This document shows positions 47,792 to 55,809 of a DNA stretch of 56,740 nucleotides, piece after piece. Source of the stretch: Nitrososphaerales archaeon (lineage in GTDB: Archaea > Thermoproteota > Nitrososphaeria > Nitrososphaerales > UBA213); the NCBI GenBank assembly GCA_046759645.1, contig JBHICO010000003.1:1-56740 (forward strand), written 5' to 3'. The translations under genes were made by a program, and so were the position numbers. How positions within the stretch are numbered: the stretch's first letter is position 1; each line of letters opens with the position of its first letter. The notes beneath the pieces were generated by a model. It was not told the origin of the DNA and searched no databases. It saw nothing but the letters and a program-made list of their open reading frames with translations.

Positions 47792-48526
47792 ATGTTAGGA
47801 GTTAAAGTTCATAGTTATCCATCACTAAAATCACCTAACATGCTTGCTGCCTTGCCTGATATGGGTAACGTCGCCGGTATTGGCCTTAGTTATTTGATAA
47901 AGAAACTTAATGCAAACCTATTTGCGGAGATCTACTCCTACTGGCCACCATATGTGTCATACAAGAATGGTATCGTCAGCTATGACCAATCAAGTTACAA
48001 GTTTTATTATTTGGAGAAGGAGAACCTTCTTATCTTCAATGGTGAGTTCAATCCGACAGATCCTAGAAGGCTGTATGAGATATGCTATGAGGTGGTGCAG
48101 ATGGCTGAGCGCATGAAAGTTAAACGACTCTATTCGATCGGAGCCGCACTGAGGCAAGCGAGCAATGCTGAGCCAAAGGTCTTCGGTGCTGTTAATAACG
48201 AGCAGCTGCTAGAGCATGTTAAAAATTTTGGTGTATCAATGCTAGAGGGCGAGGGTCAGATCACCGGTTTCAATGGTTTGATACTTGGGATTGCGAAGGA
48301 GCGCGGGTTGGATGCTGCATGCGTTCTTGGTGAAATAGATAACCCTAACATTGTTCAACCGAAGGCCGCTCAAAGTATATTGAAGGTAATAGTCAATATG
48401 CTCGGCATACAACCATTCAACATGAGCGAGCTTGATGAGGAGGAGAAGAGGAAGGATTTCATGGAGCAGCAGATGTCTTACCTTGAAAACGTTATGGGAC
48501 GTGGCGAGCCGCCTGGCATAGCATAA
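47792..48526 (+). CDS. PAC2-family protein (proteasome assembly chaperone-like)
   Basis: MLAALPDMGNVAGIGLSYLIKKL ... ITGFNGLILGIAKERGLDAACVLGE ... QPKAAQSILKVI matches the PAC2 layout. ATG at 47792 (the track TTG is at 47783). Confidence 0.7.
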   Translation: MLGVKVHSYPSLKSPNMLAALPDMGNVAGIGLSYLIKKLNANLFAEIYSYWPPYVSYKNGIVSYDQSSYKFYYLEKENLLIFNGEFNPTDPRRLYEICYEVVQMAERMKVKRLYSIGAALRQASNAEPKVFGAVNNEQLLEHVKNFGVSMLEGEGQITGFNGLILGIAKERGLDAACVLGEIDNPNIVQPKAAQSILKVIVNMLGIQPFNMSELDEEEKRKDFMEQQMSYLENVMGRGEPPGIA

Positions 48527-48538
48527 AGTAGTATAACC

Positions 48539-48557
48539 TGTCCATAAAATACGGACA
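48539..48557. promoter_or_regulatory. operator-like palindrome 1
   Basis: TGTCCAT-AAAAT-ACGGACA, with one arm mismatch. Confidence 0.55.
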
Positions 48558-48577
48558 ATAGGGTCAGTTTATATTAG

Positions 48578-48596
48578 TGTCCGTGATATACGGACA
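48578..48596. promoter_or_regulatory. operator-like palindrome 2
   Basis: TGTCCGT-GATAT-ACGGACA is a perfect 7-bp inverted repeat ending 3 nt before the ATG at 48600. The TATA-like TTTATATT (48568-48575) lies between the two palindromes. Confidence 0.6.
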
Positions 48597-48599
48597 GTC

Positions 48600-48851
48600 A
48601 TGCCATCTACTCCTCGGTTAAATCCTACAGAAATAGGGATTCTAACACTTTTGGTTAAGACTAGTATGCATGTTAGAGCTTTAAGGAGAGAGTTGGACGA
48701 TAATGGAGCTGTAAGCACACATCTAAAGCATCTGGAAGAGCTAGATCTGGTTAAGCGTGAGAAAAAGAAGGGAAGAGTTGTTAACACTCTAACTCAAAAA
48801 GGGAGATATGTAGCAAAGGCCCTTAAACTTCTTAAACTAAAGTCTGGCTAA
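48600..48851 (+). CDS. small wHTH transcriptional regulator
   Basis: LNPTEIGILTLLVKTSMHVRALRRELDDNGAVSTHLKHLEELDLVKRE follows the HTH-wing pattern. 83 aa. Confidence 0.7.
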   Translation: MPSTPRLNPTEIGILTLLVKTSMHVRALRRELDDNGAVSTHLKHLEELDLVKREKKKGRVVNTLTQKGRYVAKALKLLKLKSG

Positions 48852-49501
48852 GGGTAAATTACCATCACACAGAGGTCGCTGTAATCCTTCTTTTCTATTT
48901 CATTTAGCTTGCTCTTACTGACTCTCTCATTGCCCAATGTAAGAAACTCGTAGATATCAACATTCAAACTGCCAATATCCAAACCATTCTCTCCCAGGAA
49001 TTGCGCTACTTGAAGGGGCATAAAGTCCCAGGGCCTAGGTAACATGATCACACTTCTTTTATCGCTGATGGCTTGCAATAACATTTTTTTCTCCTTCTCT
49101 ATATCTCCAGTTATATGAAACGTTATCAAGACACTTTTATCGATGGGTATTTTTGATTTTGAGGCTGCTACTTGTATAGAGCTTATCCCTGGTATGATCT
49201 CCAAATCATCAAAGATCTGTATCAATCGATCCACTATCTCTGACTCCGAAAAAGAAGGGTCACCAGTAAATGTAATTACACAACTCTTAGTGCCCAGAGT
49301 TTTAGCAACGTCAGTATAAACCTCATCCTGCGTCTTCAACGTTATCTGCCTCACATCCTTTCCGTTAAGCAAATTCCTTATTACGTCTAAACTATGCTTG
49401 TAACCTATTATTATGTCAGAGTTTTGAATAACTTCTTTAGCCTTCTGCGTAACATACTCGGGAGCTCCTGGACCGACACCAACAACAAACACCTTGCCCA
49501 T
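48848..49501 (-). CDS. cbiE: cobalt-precorrin methyltransferase, CbiE-like
   Basis: TP-methylase fold: VFVVGVGPGAPEYVTQKA, DIIIGYKHSL, TGDPSF, IPGISSIQVAASK and ITFH. Size is 217 aa. The subfamily (CbiE versus CbiL) was not proven. Confidence 0.65.
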   Translation of the reverse strand: MGKVFVVGVGPGAPEYVTQKAKEVIQNSDIIIGYKHSLDVIRNLLNGKDVRQITLKTQDEVYTDVAKTLGTKSCVITFTGDPSFSESEIVDRLIQIFDDLEIIPGISSIQVAASKSKIPIDKSVLITFHITGDIEKEKKMLLQAISDKRSVIMLPRPWDFMPLQVAQFLGENGLDIGSLNVDIYEFLTLGNERVSKSKLNEIEKKDYSDLCVMVIYP

Positions 49502-49535
49502 ATGTTACAAAATTTTTATTCGCTTTAAAAATGTA

Positions 49536-50012
49536 TTACATATATGATCTGGCAGCATTTATCCACGGTTGCCAGTTTGCATCAACGAAAGAAAGGGCAT
49601 CCTTCACAGGATAGGTTGTCCATGATTTCACAATAGCAAGCTTGTATACCTTTGTTTTATTATCCTGCTTGAACTTTAACTTAAGCTGAGAGCCCCAACC
49701 CTTCTTTTCCGTCTCAAGACGTGTAACTTGCTTCAATGGCATATTCATATTGCGTTCATCTAATAGATCCCTTGCCAACCTTTCAGGAGTATATTCATCT
49801 GTAAGCAGTATGGTATTGTTTGATCGCTTAAAGTCTTTTAACTGCCTATCAACTTCGTCACGCCACCAGCTCAGGTTCATCTTCGTCTTTGAAACCAAGG
49901 CAATCCTCTTGTTGGTCAAGATAAGCATGCACTCTTTGCTACGCTTGAACAGTCCTTCCTCGGTTATCCAGACTGAAAATAGTACTGATATCATCTGCTC
50001 TGTGCTTTCCAA
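49536..50012 (-). CDS. hypothetical protein (158 aa)
   Basis: Clean ORF. LILTNKRIALVSK resembles bacterial PH/GRAM-like folds, but this is not a reliable call. Confidence 0.5.
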   Translation of the reverse strand: MESTEQMISVLFSVWITEEGLFKRSKECMLILTNKRIALVSKTKMNLSWWRDEVDRQLKDFKRSNNTILLTDEYTPERLARDLLDERNMNMPLKQVTRLETEKKGWGSQLKLKFKQDNKTKVYKLAIVKSWTTYPVKDALSFVDANWQPWINAARSYM

Positions 50013-50303
50013 CTAGTCAGCTGCGATCGATGTTTTTTAAATCTGTAACGATGCGCAATTCTTAATAATGGAAGGGTAAATGCAAAAACGTGGTTCTTGA
50101 CAAGAAGACGCCCAAGGATGTATATGATTGGCTGATGGAGGAAACCTTCGAGTTTCATGAGGGGGACGAGGAGGTTATGAAGAAGGTTAAGAAGACGGAA
50201 ATACAGCGTGACGATACTTAGCAGGTCATGCTAAATTTGCGCATTCGTTCCTTCTTGCGGGCTTGCTCATAAAACATATCAACTGGTCTTTCAACATAAT
50301 TTC

Positions 50304-50579
50304 ATGGCCAATAAGATCAGATGCGCACATATTCTTGTAGCTAAGTTCACCGAAGCACAAGAAATTTTAGACCAGATCAAAAAGGGAGAAAGTTTTGCCA
50401 AATTGGCACAGGAAAGATCTTTGGATGGTAGCAGAAAGCGTGGTGGCGATTTGGGATACTTCGGAAGAGGGATGATGGTCAAGGAGTTCGAAAAGGCAGC
50501 ATTTGGATTGGAGAAGGGACAGGTTTCTGACCTGGTAAAAACCCAATTCGGCTATCATATCATAAAACGAATAGACTGA
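50304..50579 (+). CDS. pinA: single-domain parvulin-type peptidyl-prolyl isomerase
   Basis: KIRCAHILV....GESFAKLAQE.SLDGS.KRGGDLGYFGRGMMVKEFE.AAF.L..GQVSD.VKTQFGYHIIKR is colinear with thaumarchaeal PinA/Par10. Confidence 0.92.
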   Translation: MANKIRCAHILVAKFTEAQEILDQIKKGESFAKLAQERSLDGSRKRGGDLGYFGRGMMVKEFEKAAFGLEKGQVSDLVKTQFGYHIIKRID

Positions 50580-50637
50580 AGATCGAAAATGATAATTCAC
50601 TACAGAAGTAATGTCAAAACAATAGACAATTATCTTC

Positions 50638-51498
50638 ATGCTTCCCAAGAACAGTTACACAAATAAGCGTGCCGTGTACAAAAACCACATGGACAGCATT
50701 CGCGCGAACCTGGTGAAGTATCTTGATTGGAACAACTCTCTACAGGTTTTGAAGAATGCACATGATACAAAATTATTCGTACTTATCATAGGTCCAAAGG
50801 GAACAGGTAAAACAACCCTTGTGCGCCGGTTTGCCGATATCAATACAACACATCTGTACAGCATAAACTTGAGTCTGCGTACAAGGGAAAGCCATCTTGT
50901 AGGTACTAAAACTCTGGATAGCGGTAGCATTGGATTCATTGAAGGTGTACTTGTTAGATCGATGAGAGAAGGAGGTTTGCTCTACTTGGATGAATTGAAT
51001 GCTGCAGAACCTGATGTTCTTCTACGGCTTGATGAAGCTCTTGACGACAGAAGACAGATCGTGCTGAAGGAAGCAGAGGGCCAAGTAGTTCATGCACATA
51101 AGGGCTGGTTCGTAATTGCTACGATAAATCCATTAACTCATGCAGGAACAAAGGAGTTACCTCAGCAATTGCTGAGCAGGTTCCCGGTTAGAATTAAGCT
51201 GGACTATCCTCCAGACGATATAGAATTGGAGATAATCAAAACTCATGTATCAATAAATGGCACAGAAGATCTTGTCAAGCGAGCAGTAAGACTCGCAAAC
51301 AGCTTACGGGAAGCTGCTACAGTAGAAGAGGTATACTACAGTCCTAGCATAAGGGAAACCATTGCATTTGCAAAATTGATCAGGGATGGAGCCAAGCCTA
51401 AAGATATTGCAAAACTTATCTTCGCTAATGTCTATACACAATGGGGAGAGAGCGAGTACAGAAAAGTTGTTGATCTTATAGATTCCATGTTTGAGTAG
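50638..51498 (+). CDS. AAA+ ATPase of the MoxR group, CbbQ/NorQ-like
   Basis: Walker A GPKGTGKT, Walker B LLYLDELNAAEP and the ATINP sensor segment. 286 aa matches CbbQ/NorQ size. Confidence 0.85.
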   Translation: MLPKNSYTNKRAVYKNHMDSIRANLVKYLDWNNSLQVLKNAHDTKLFVLIIGPKGTGKTTLVRRFADINTTHLYSINLSLRTRESHLVGTKTLDSGSIGFIEGVLVRSMREGGLLYLDELNAAEPDVLLRLDEALDDRRQIVLKEAEGQVVHAHKGWFVIATINPLTHAGTKELPQQLLSRFPVRIKLDYPPDDIELEIIKTHVSINGTEDLVKRAVRLANSLREAATVEEVYYSPSIRETIAFAKLIRDGAKPKDIAKLIFANVYTQWGESEYRKVVDLIDSMFE

Positions 51499-51509
51499 GG
51501 TAAAGTAGC

Positions 51510-53051
51510 ATGCAAAGCGAAGTTTTGCTAGATATCGCAACATTTCTGGTAAGAAGATGGTCTGGTGATAACAATGCCAAGGTTATTGTTACTGATAAAG
51601 CTCCTACAGCAAACGTTCGCAAGAAGATAGTTTCCTTACCACCACTTTCATATTTTTCAGGCTCTGAATTTGTAAAGTACAGACAATGGCGAGCTAACTG
51701 CTGGAAGCAAGCAATGAAGATAAAGCATTCGAACAGGTCTCTCAGCATTGACTATGCTCATGGATATCTTTTGAACTGCTTAGAAGAGAAGAGGGTGCAG
51801 TTACTTGGCCTGAATGAGTGGCCTGGAATGAACAGTGAAATGATCTTCAACGAAGGGATGGCAAGACTTTACGAGCCTTCAATAGACGATTTCTTCTGGG
51901 GGTTTTATAAGAAGTTCATTGCATTCGCACAGTACTTTCGTGGTGGATGGATAAATGGCGATCCTAGCGAACATCTTCTCTCTATTGTTGAGAGAGCAGC
52001 AAACTATTCAAACAATGCAGTGCATGAGGCTATACGCGAGGAGCATAAGACTGACTGGTTAGAGAAGCATGTACCAAAATTATTGAAGATGCTTGAAACC
52101 CACGCACTTCTGCATATACCCACTTTATCAAAATCTGCACTTGCATACGATCAGGATAGGCTTGGTGATATGATAGAAAAGATACTTCGGGTCATGAAGA
52201 AAGAACGTGTAGAAGATCTTTGGAGAAAAAGTTTGGAGGGTGAAGATATCAGGAAAGAATTTGAAGAATTAAGGAAGGAGAGTTATAGGGTTGTTAAAAA
52301 TTCTAATCAATTGCTTGAAACGGTTGATCTATCTATTCCAGAAAAGCTGGATATAGATGCATCATCACTTTACAACGAAGACTTGGTAAACAAACTGAAG
52401 GCTGAGTTCAGGAACTGGAAAGTCGGCTGGATTGAAAAGCATCACAACAGTGGGGACGAATTCGATGAAGAGAGTTACATTGAAAAACACCACGAACCTT
52501 TCTTTGCAGATCTGAAGATAACATACAAATCTAATTTGGTGATACTTCTTGACCATTCGAGCAGCATATCACACATGGATCAAGAATACAAGCGTGCTAC
52601 CGTAGCTCTGTGCAAGGCCTTGGATTACTTGGGAATAAAGTTCTCTGTGTTTGCTTTCAACACTCAACAAAATAAGGTAAAGTGCTGGGTGGTAAAACCA
52701 CCACAATCTCGCTGGAGTAATATGTCAACCGTGCGGCTGGCACAGATAGTTGCAACAGGGGGAACGCCTTTAGCTGAAGTTTACGGGCGAATAAGACTAT
52801 TGATAGAACGTCTAAAACCAGAGATTTTTCTTACATTTACTGACGGTGAGCCTAGCGATCCTGAAGCTGTGAGACATACGGTGCAGAGGTTCAAGATGGA
52901 AGACATCAATATGGTTTCTATAGGCATAGGCAAGGATATTTTGGAGGCTGTGAACATAGCAAAGAAGTTGAAATCGCTGGGATACAACAGAAGCATCGCA
53001 ATAAGCAACTTGAATGAAATGCCAAAGAAAATTTTACACCTACTTGCATGA
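51510..53051 (+). CDS. von Willebrand factor A domain protein, CbbO/NorD/CobT-like partner
   Basis: The C-terminal VWA has the MIDAS motif LLDHSSSIS, with GGTPL and FTDGEP. It is preceded by SGDEFDEESYIE, as in NorD-type proteins. It starts 11 nt after the AAA+ gene. Confidence 0.8.
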   Translation: MQSEVLLDIATFLVRRWSGDNNAKVIVTDKAPTANVRKKIVSLPPLSYFSGSEFVKYRQWRANCWKQAMKIKHSNRSLSIDYAHGYLLNCLEEKRVQLLGLNEWPGMNSEMIFNEGMARLYEPSIDDFFWGFYKKFIAFAQYFRGGWINGDPSEHLLSIVERAANYSNNAVHEAIREEHKTDWLEKHVPKLLKMLETHALLHIPTLSKSALAYDQDRLGDMIEKILRVMKKERVEDLWRKSLEGEDIRKEFEELRKESYRVVKNSNQLLETVDLSIPEKLDIDASSLYNEDLVNKLKAEFRNWKVGWIEKHHNSGDEFDEESYIEKHHEPFFADLKITYKSNLVILLDHSSSISHMDQEYKRATVALCKALDYLGIKFSVFAFNTQQNKVKCWVVKPPQSRWSNMSTVRLAQIVATGGTPLAEVYGRIRLLIERLKPEIFLTFTDGEPSDPEAVRHTVQRFKMEDINMVSIGIGKDILEAVNIAKKLKSLGYNRSIAISNLNEMPKKILHLLA

Positions 53052-53124
53052 AATATCCTACAAGAAAATTTTGGATACCTTAAGGAACAATAGATAAATT
53101 CGTGATCATATTGCCACTTGCTAT

Positions 53125-53226
53125 GCGGGGGTTGCCAAGCCTGGCCAACGGCGCAGGTCTCAAATGAGTGCGAAGCTTAGGACCCTGTCCTTTAGGGGTT
53201 CGTGGGTTCGAATCCCACCCCCCGCA
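53125..53226 (+). tRNA. tRNA-Leu (anticodon UAG) with non-canonical intron at 30/31
   Basis: Acceptor GCGGGGG/CCCCCGC, 3-bp D-stem GCC/GGC with a long D-loop, a 14-nt variable arm and T-arm GTGGG-TTCGAAT-CCCAC. Removing 53158-53174 gives a perfect anticodon arm CAGGG-CTTAGGA-CCCTG. Confidence 0.85.
53158..53174 (+). other. tRNA-Leu intron (17 nt, in the anticodon stem)
   Basis: Hand-folded BHB. The central helix is CGCA (53152-55) with TGCG (53169-72). The 3-nt bulges are GGT (53156-58) and AAG (53173-75). The inner hairpin is CTC-AAAT-GAG. Confidence 0.7.
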
Positions 53227-53285
53227 CTTTCATTATTATTATTATTATCAAATCAAAATTCATTAAAGTTAATTAAATTATTATC

Positions 53286-53591
53286 TTATTGCTTGAGTAT
53301 ATAGTTATTATTTTCAAGCCACTCTGCGTGGGCGCTTATGTATCTCCAAACAAGATCTGCCTTATTATCCTGAAAGTCCCAAGGTACTATCAGAACAACA
53401 TCATTTTCTCTAACCCACATCCTACGCTTCATCTTTCCTCTTATCCTACAGACCCTCACTTTATCGTCTGTACACTTTACAATTACATGGTCGCCTCCGG
53501 GCAATTTTATAACCCTGCCTAAGAGCTGACCTTCCTCTGGCAGTACCAATTCCTTCAGCTCCGATTCGCTGAGAACCTTTCTTTTACCCAT
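53286..53591 (-). CDS. eif1a: translation initiation factor aIF-1A
   Basis: GRVIKLPGGDHVIVKCTDDKVRVCRIRGKMKRRMWVRENDVVLIVPWDFQ is the S1-like eIF1A signature. I set the start at the ATG at 53591 (MGKRK). Confidence 0.9.
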   Translation of the reverse strand: MGKRKVLSESELKELVLPEEGQLLGRVIKLPGGDHVIVKCTDDKVRVCRIRGKMKRRMWVRENDVVLIVPWDFQDNKADLVWRYISAHAEWLENNNYILKQ

Positions 53592-53717
53592 AATGAAGAT
53601 CTCAATTTTTCGGCACTTTGATGCAATATAACTGTTGGCCATATAATAATTTCAATTTCTCTATTTTTTGCAATTTCATATAAACAATCTTATCTCACAA
53701 TAAATAATCGTAACTTC

Positions 53718-54719
53718 TCATGCTCTACCTAATCTTATACGCAAAATACCATTTAGATAATGCACAGATTCTGGTTCATTTTTTACTCTAACTCTCAAGA
53801 TCGCTTTCCCTTTGTATCTTTTATAACCATCTTCTGCAACTGCATCTATGAATACCGTATTCTCTGAAACGTTAATAGTTATGGCTTTTTCATTCACTCC
53901 AGGCATTTCCGCCAATATCTCCACATACTTCTCTGTGGTGATACCTTCAAATCGCAAGGGCCGAACTACCTGACCCATCTGCGTTGGTTCCAGTCTTTTA
54001 CCTTCAACTCTTTTAGTTGGCGCATACGCTTGTTTCAAACGCAATTTTGCCAACGATTTGTATCCACCTCCAAATGCAAGTCCGATTGCGAAACCTCCAA
54101 TGTGTGCTAGGTACGCTACTCCACCTCCACCACCAAAGGAAGCTGAAAAGATCTGAAACACAATCCACATCATTAGATATGCGAATGCAGGTATTCTCAT
54201 TGTAGTTATGAAAAAGAAGAATATCAAAGTAACTACCTTAGCTCTTGGAAACATCAGTAGATACGCACCCAGAACACCTGATATTGCACCAGAAGCACCT
54301 ACCGCCGGTATGAGTAACTGATTTCCACCCACGCTCATGGCCCATGCTAGATGCGCCATGCTGGCGACAAAACCCCAGAAGAGGTATATTAGAAGATACT
54401 TTCCATGTCCAAACCTGTCCTCTATATTATCACCGAATATCCATAGGAAAAGCATGTTTCCCAGCAGGTGCATGATACCGCCATGCATGAATATCGAGCT
54501 GAGTATTGAAGAATAGCCCCCGATCCCTAACGGACCACTTTCAAGGAATCTTGCTGGAACAAAACCATATTCAACAAAAATCCTCACCATCGCCTCTTCA
54601 TTTGTGAAGAACCCGGTGACTATGACCTCCCAGATGAAGACTATAAAGTTGACAGCAATTAAAGCATAGTTCACATACGGTCTGGTCGTTCTTGGATTCT
54701 CGTCGTAGAGCGGGAACAC
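53718..54719 (-). CDS. rhomboid intramembrane serine protease fused to C-terminal alpha-crystallin/HSP20-like domain
   Basis: Rhomboid motifs HGGIMHLLGNMLFLWIFG, catalytic GASGAISG and AHIGGFAIGLAFG. The C-terminal about 90 aa, YVEILAEMPGVNEKAITINVSENTVFIDA...YLNGILRIRL, follow the sHSP pattern. Confidence 0.85.
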   Translation of the reverse strand: MFPLYDENPRTTRPYVNYALIAVNFIVFIWEVIVTGFFTNEEAMVRIFVEYGFVPARFLESGPLGIGGYSSILSSIFMHGGIMHLLGNMLFLWIFGDNIEDRFGHGKYLLIYLFWGFVASMAHLAWAMSVGGNQLLIPAVGASGAISGVLGAYLLMFPRAKVVTLIFFFFITTMRIPAFAYLMMWIVFQIFSASFGGGGGVAYLAHIGGFAIGLAFGGGYKSLAKLRLKQAYAPTKRVEGKRLEPTQMGQVVRPLRFEGITTEKYVEILAEMPGVNEKAITINVSENTVFIDAVAEDGYKRYKGKAILRVRVKNEPESVHYLNGILRIRLGRA

Positions 54720-54770
54720 GCCTTTACGATATCTTCCAGCATTTAAATATGATATTCCCGTCGCAAAGCC

Positions 54771-54950
54771 ATGCCTCTAGTGACTATTTCTCTCTGGCCT
54801 GGAAGAACACCAGAGAAGAAGGAAGAACTTGCAAAGGCAATTACCGATGCTGTAGAAAAAGTGTTAGGTGCAAAAAGAGAGCATGTCATAGTTGTCTATC
54901 AGGACACACCCAAAGAGAACTGGTATGTAGCTGGCAATAAACTAACATAA
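54771..54950 (+). CDS. 4-oxalocrotonate tautomerase-family protein (59 aa, absent from ORF track)
   Basis: My translation is MPLVTISLWPGRTPEKKEELAKAITDAVEKVLGAKREHVIVVYQDTPKENWYVAGNKLT, which has Pro1 and the beta-alpha-beta tautomerase pattern. TATA-like TTTAAATA at 54742-54749 lies about 26 nt upstream of the ATG. Confidence 0.75.
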   Translation: MPLVTISLWPGRTPEKKEELAKAITDAVEKVLGAKREHVIVVYQDTPKENWYVAGNKLT

Positions 54951-55017
54951 TTTTTTCTGAAGCTTACGGAATAATTTGGTAAATGGTTCATGCATCGCAA
55001 GCTTATACTATTGTGAA

Positions 55018-55323
55018 CTAGCCACCCGCAACATCGCCTTCGTCATACTTCCTTTCTTCATAGCTTCTTTCTCTTTGAAATGAGAGTCCTAGGTTCTTCA
55101 ATTCATCGAGTATAATTTCCGTCCTTCTATTTGCACCTTCATAAAATACTTTCAGATGCTTCAAGCTTGTACTTTTATTTTTTACCTTTATCGCATATTC
55201 CCACGCAAGCATCGCCTCAAAGTTTTTAGTATCCTTTCCCTTCCTAGTTTTCGCATGCATCAAGAAATTCTCTGCATCCTTCAACAAAGTTTCTATTTCT
55301 TTCTTCAAAAGATTTTCATCCAT
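55018..55323 (-). CDS. hypothetical helical protein (101 aa)
   Basis: ORF 14 nt downstream of 55338..55727 on the same strand. No motif recognised. Confidence 0.45.
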   Translation of the reverse strand: MDENLLKKEIETLLKDAENFLMHAKTRKGKDTKNFEAMLAWEYAIKVKNKSTSLKHLKVFYEGANRRTEIILDELKNLGLSFQRERSYEERKYDEGDVAGG

Positions 55324-55337
55324 CTAATTCGCCAACA

Positions 55338-55727
55338 TCATTTGTTAAACCTTCTATTGTATTCTTTTATCAACATTGAATTAATGGAGCAAGAGGCCAT
55401 TATTTCCTTTCCATCTGGTAATGCTATGGGCATTCTTACCACATAGCCAGAATCAAGATCGTCAAGATTTTCGCTAGTTTCCAGTATTTTCTTACAGATT
55501 CCATTTTGAAAATCAAAACAATGAACTTTCTTGAATTTTCTCTGGCCAAAACCTCCGCCCCTTCCTCCTGCAGCATGGCCGCCACTATCAACTTCAAGAA
55601 GGTAAATTCTATTACTCGCTTCGTTCAGATTGAGACTGATTTCATTATCTGCAACTACTAATACGAGATTGATTTCAGCCTTTTCCTTTAGAATGGCAAG
55701 CAATTCTTCTAGCTCTTGCATCACCAT
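55338..55727 (-). CDS. hypothetical protein (129 aa)
   Basis: Clean ORF with a Gly-rich loop (GGHAAGGRGGGFG). No family recognised. Confidence 0.5.
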   Translation of the reverse strand: MVMQELEELLAILKEKAEINLVLVVADNEISLNLNEASNRIYLLEVDSGGHAAGGRGGGFGQRKFKKVHCFDFQNGICKKILETSENLDDLDSGYVVRMPIALPDGKEIMASCSINSMLIKEYNRRFNK

Positions 55728-55809
55728 TTTTACATTTCCAAACTTTAAATTCTTTCCATATCGCTAGAATCTTCAAAGCTTTTTATCTTGATTCAAACTT
55801 GATTCTTAC

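Noticed and set aside
50090-50221. 43-aa GTG-initiated ORF (..KKTPKDVYDWLMEETFEFHEGDEEVMKKVKK..) upstream of the parvulin gene
   Set aside because: The composition is protein-like, but the ORF is short, has a non-ATG start and matches no recognisable family. This is insufficient support.
53125-53226. Reading the tRNA-Leu as anticodon CAA with a canonical 37/38 intron
   Set aside because: This reading leaves a T-C mismatch or an extra C in the anticodon stem, and no BHB can be drawn. The 30/31 solution gives a perfect arm and a regular BHB.
53232-53248. (ATT)5 microsatellite right after tRNA-Leu, mirroring the (AAT)6 in the origin region (45884-45901)
   Set aside because: Short trinucleotide runs are common in AT-rich intergenic DNA. 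I see no evidence of function beyond contributing AT-richness.
54692-54940. 82-aa ORF in the track
   Set aside because: It is in a different frame from the recognisable 4-OT gene (54771-54950). It overlaps the rhomboid start and has an Arg/Cys/Ser-rich, non-protein-like sequence.
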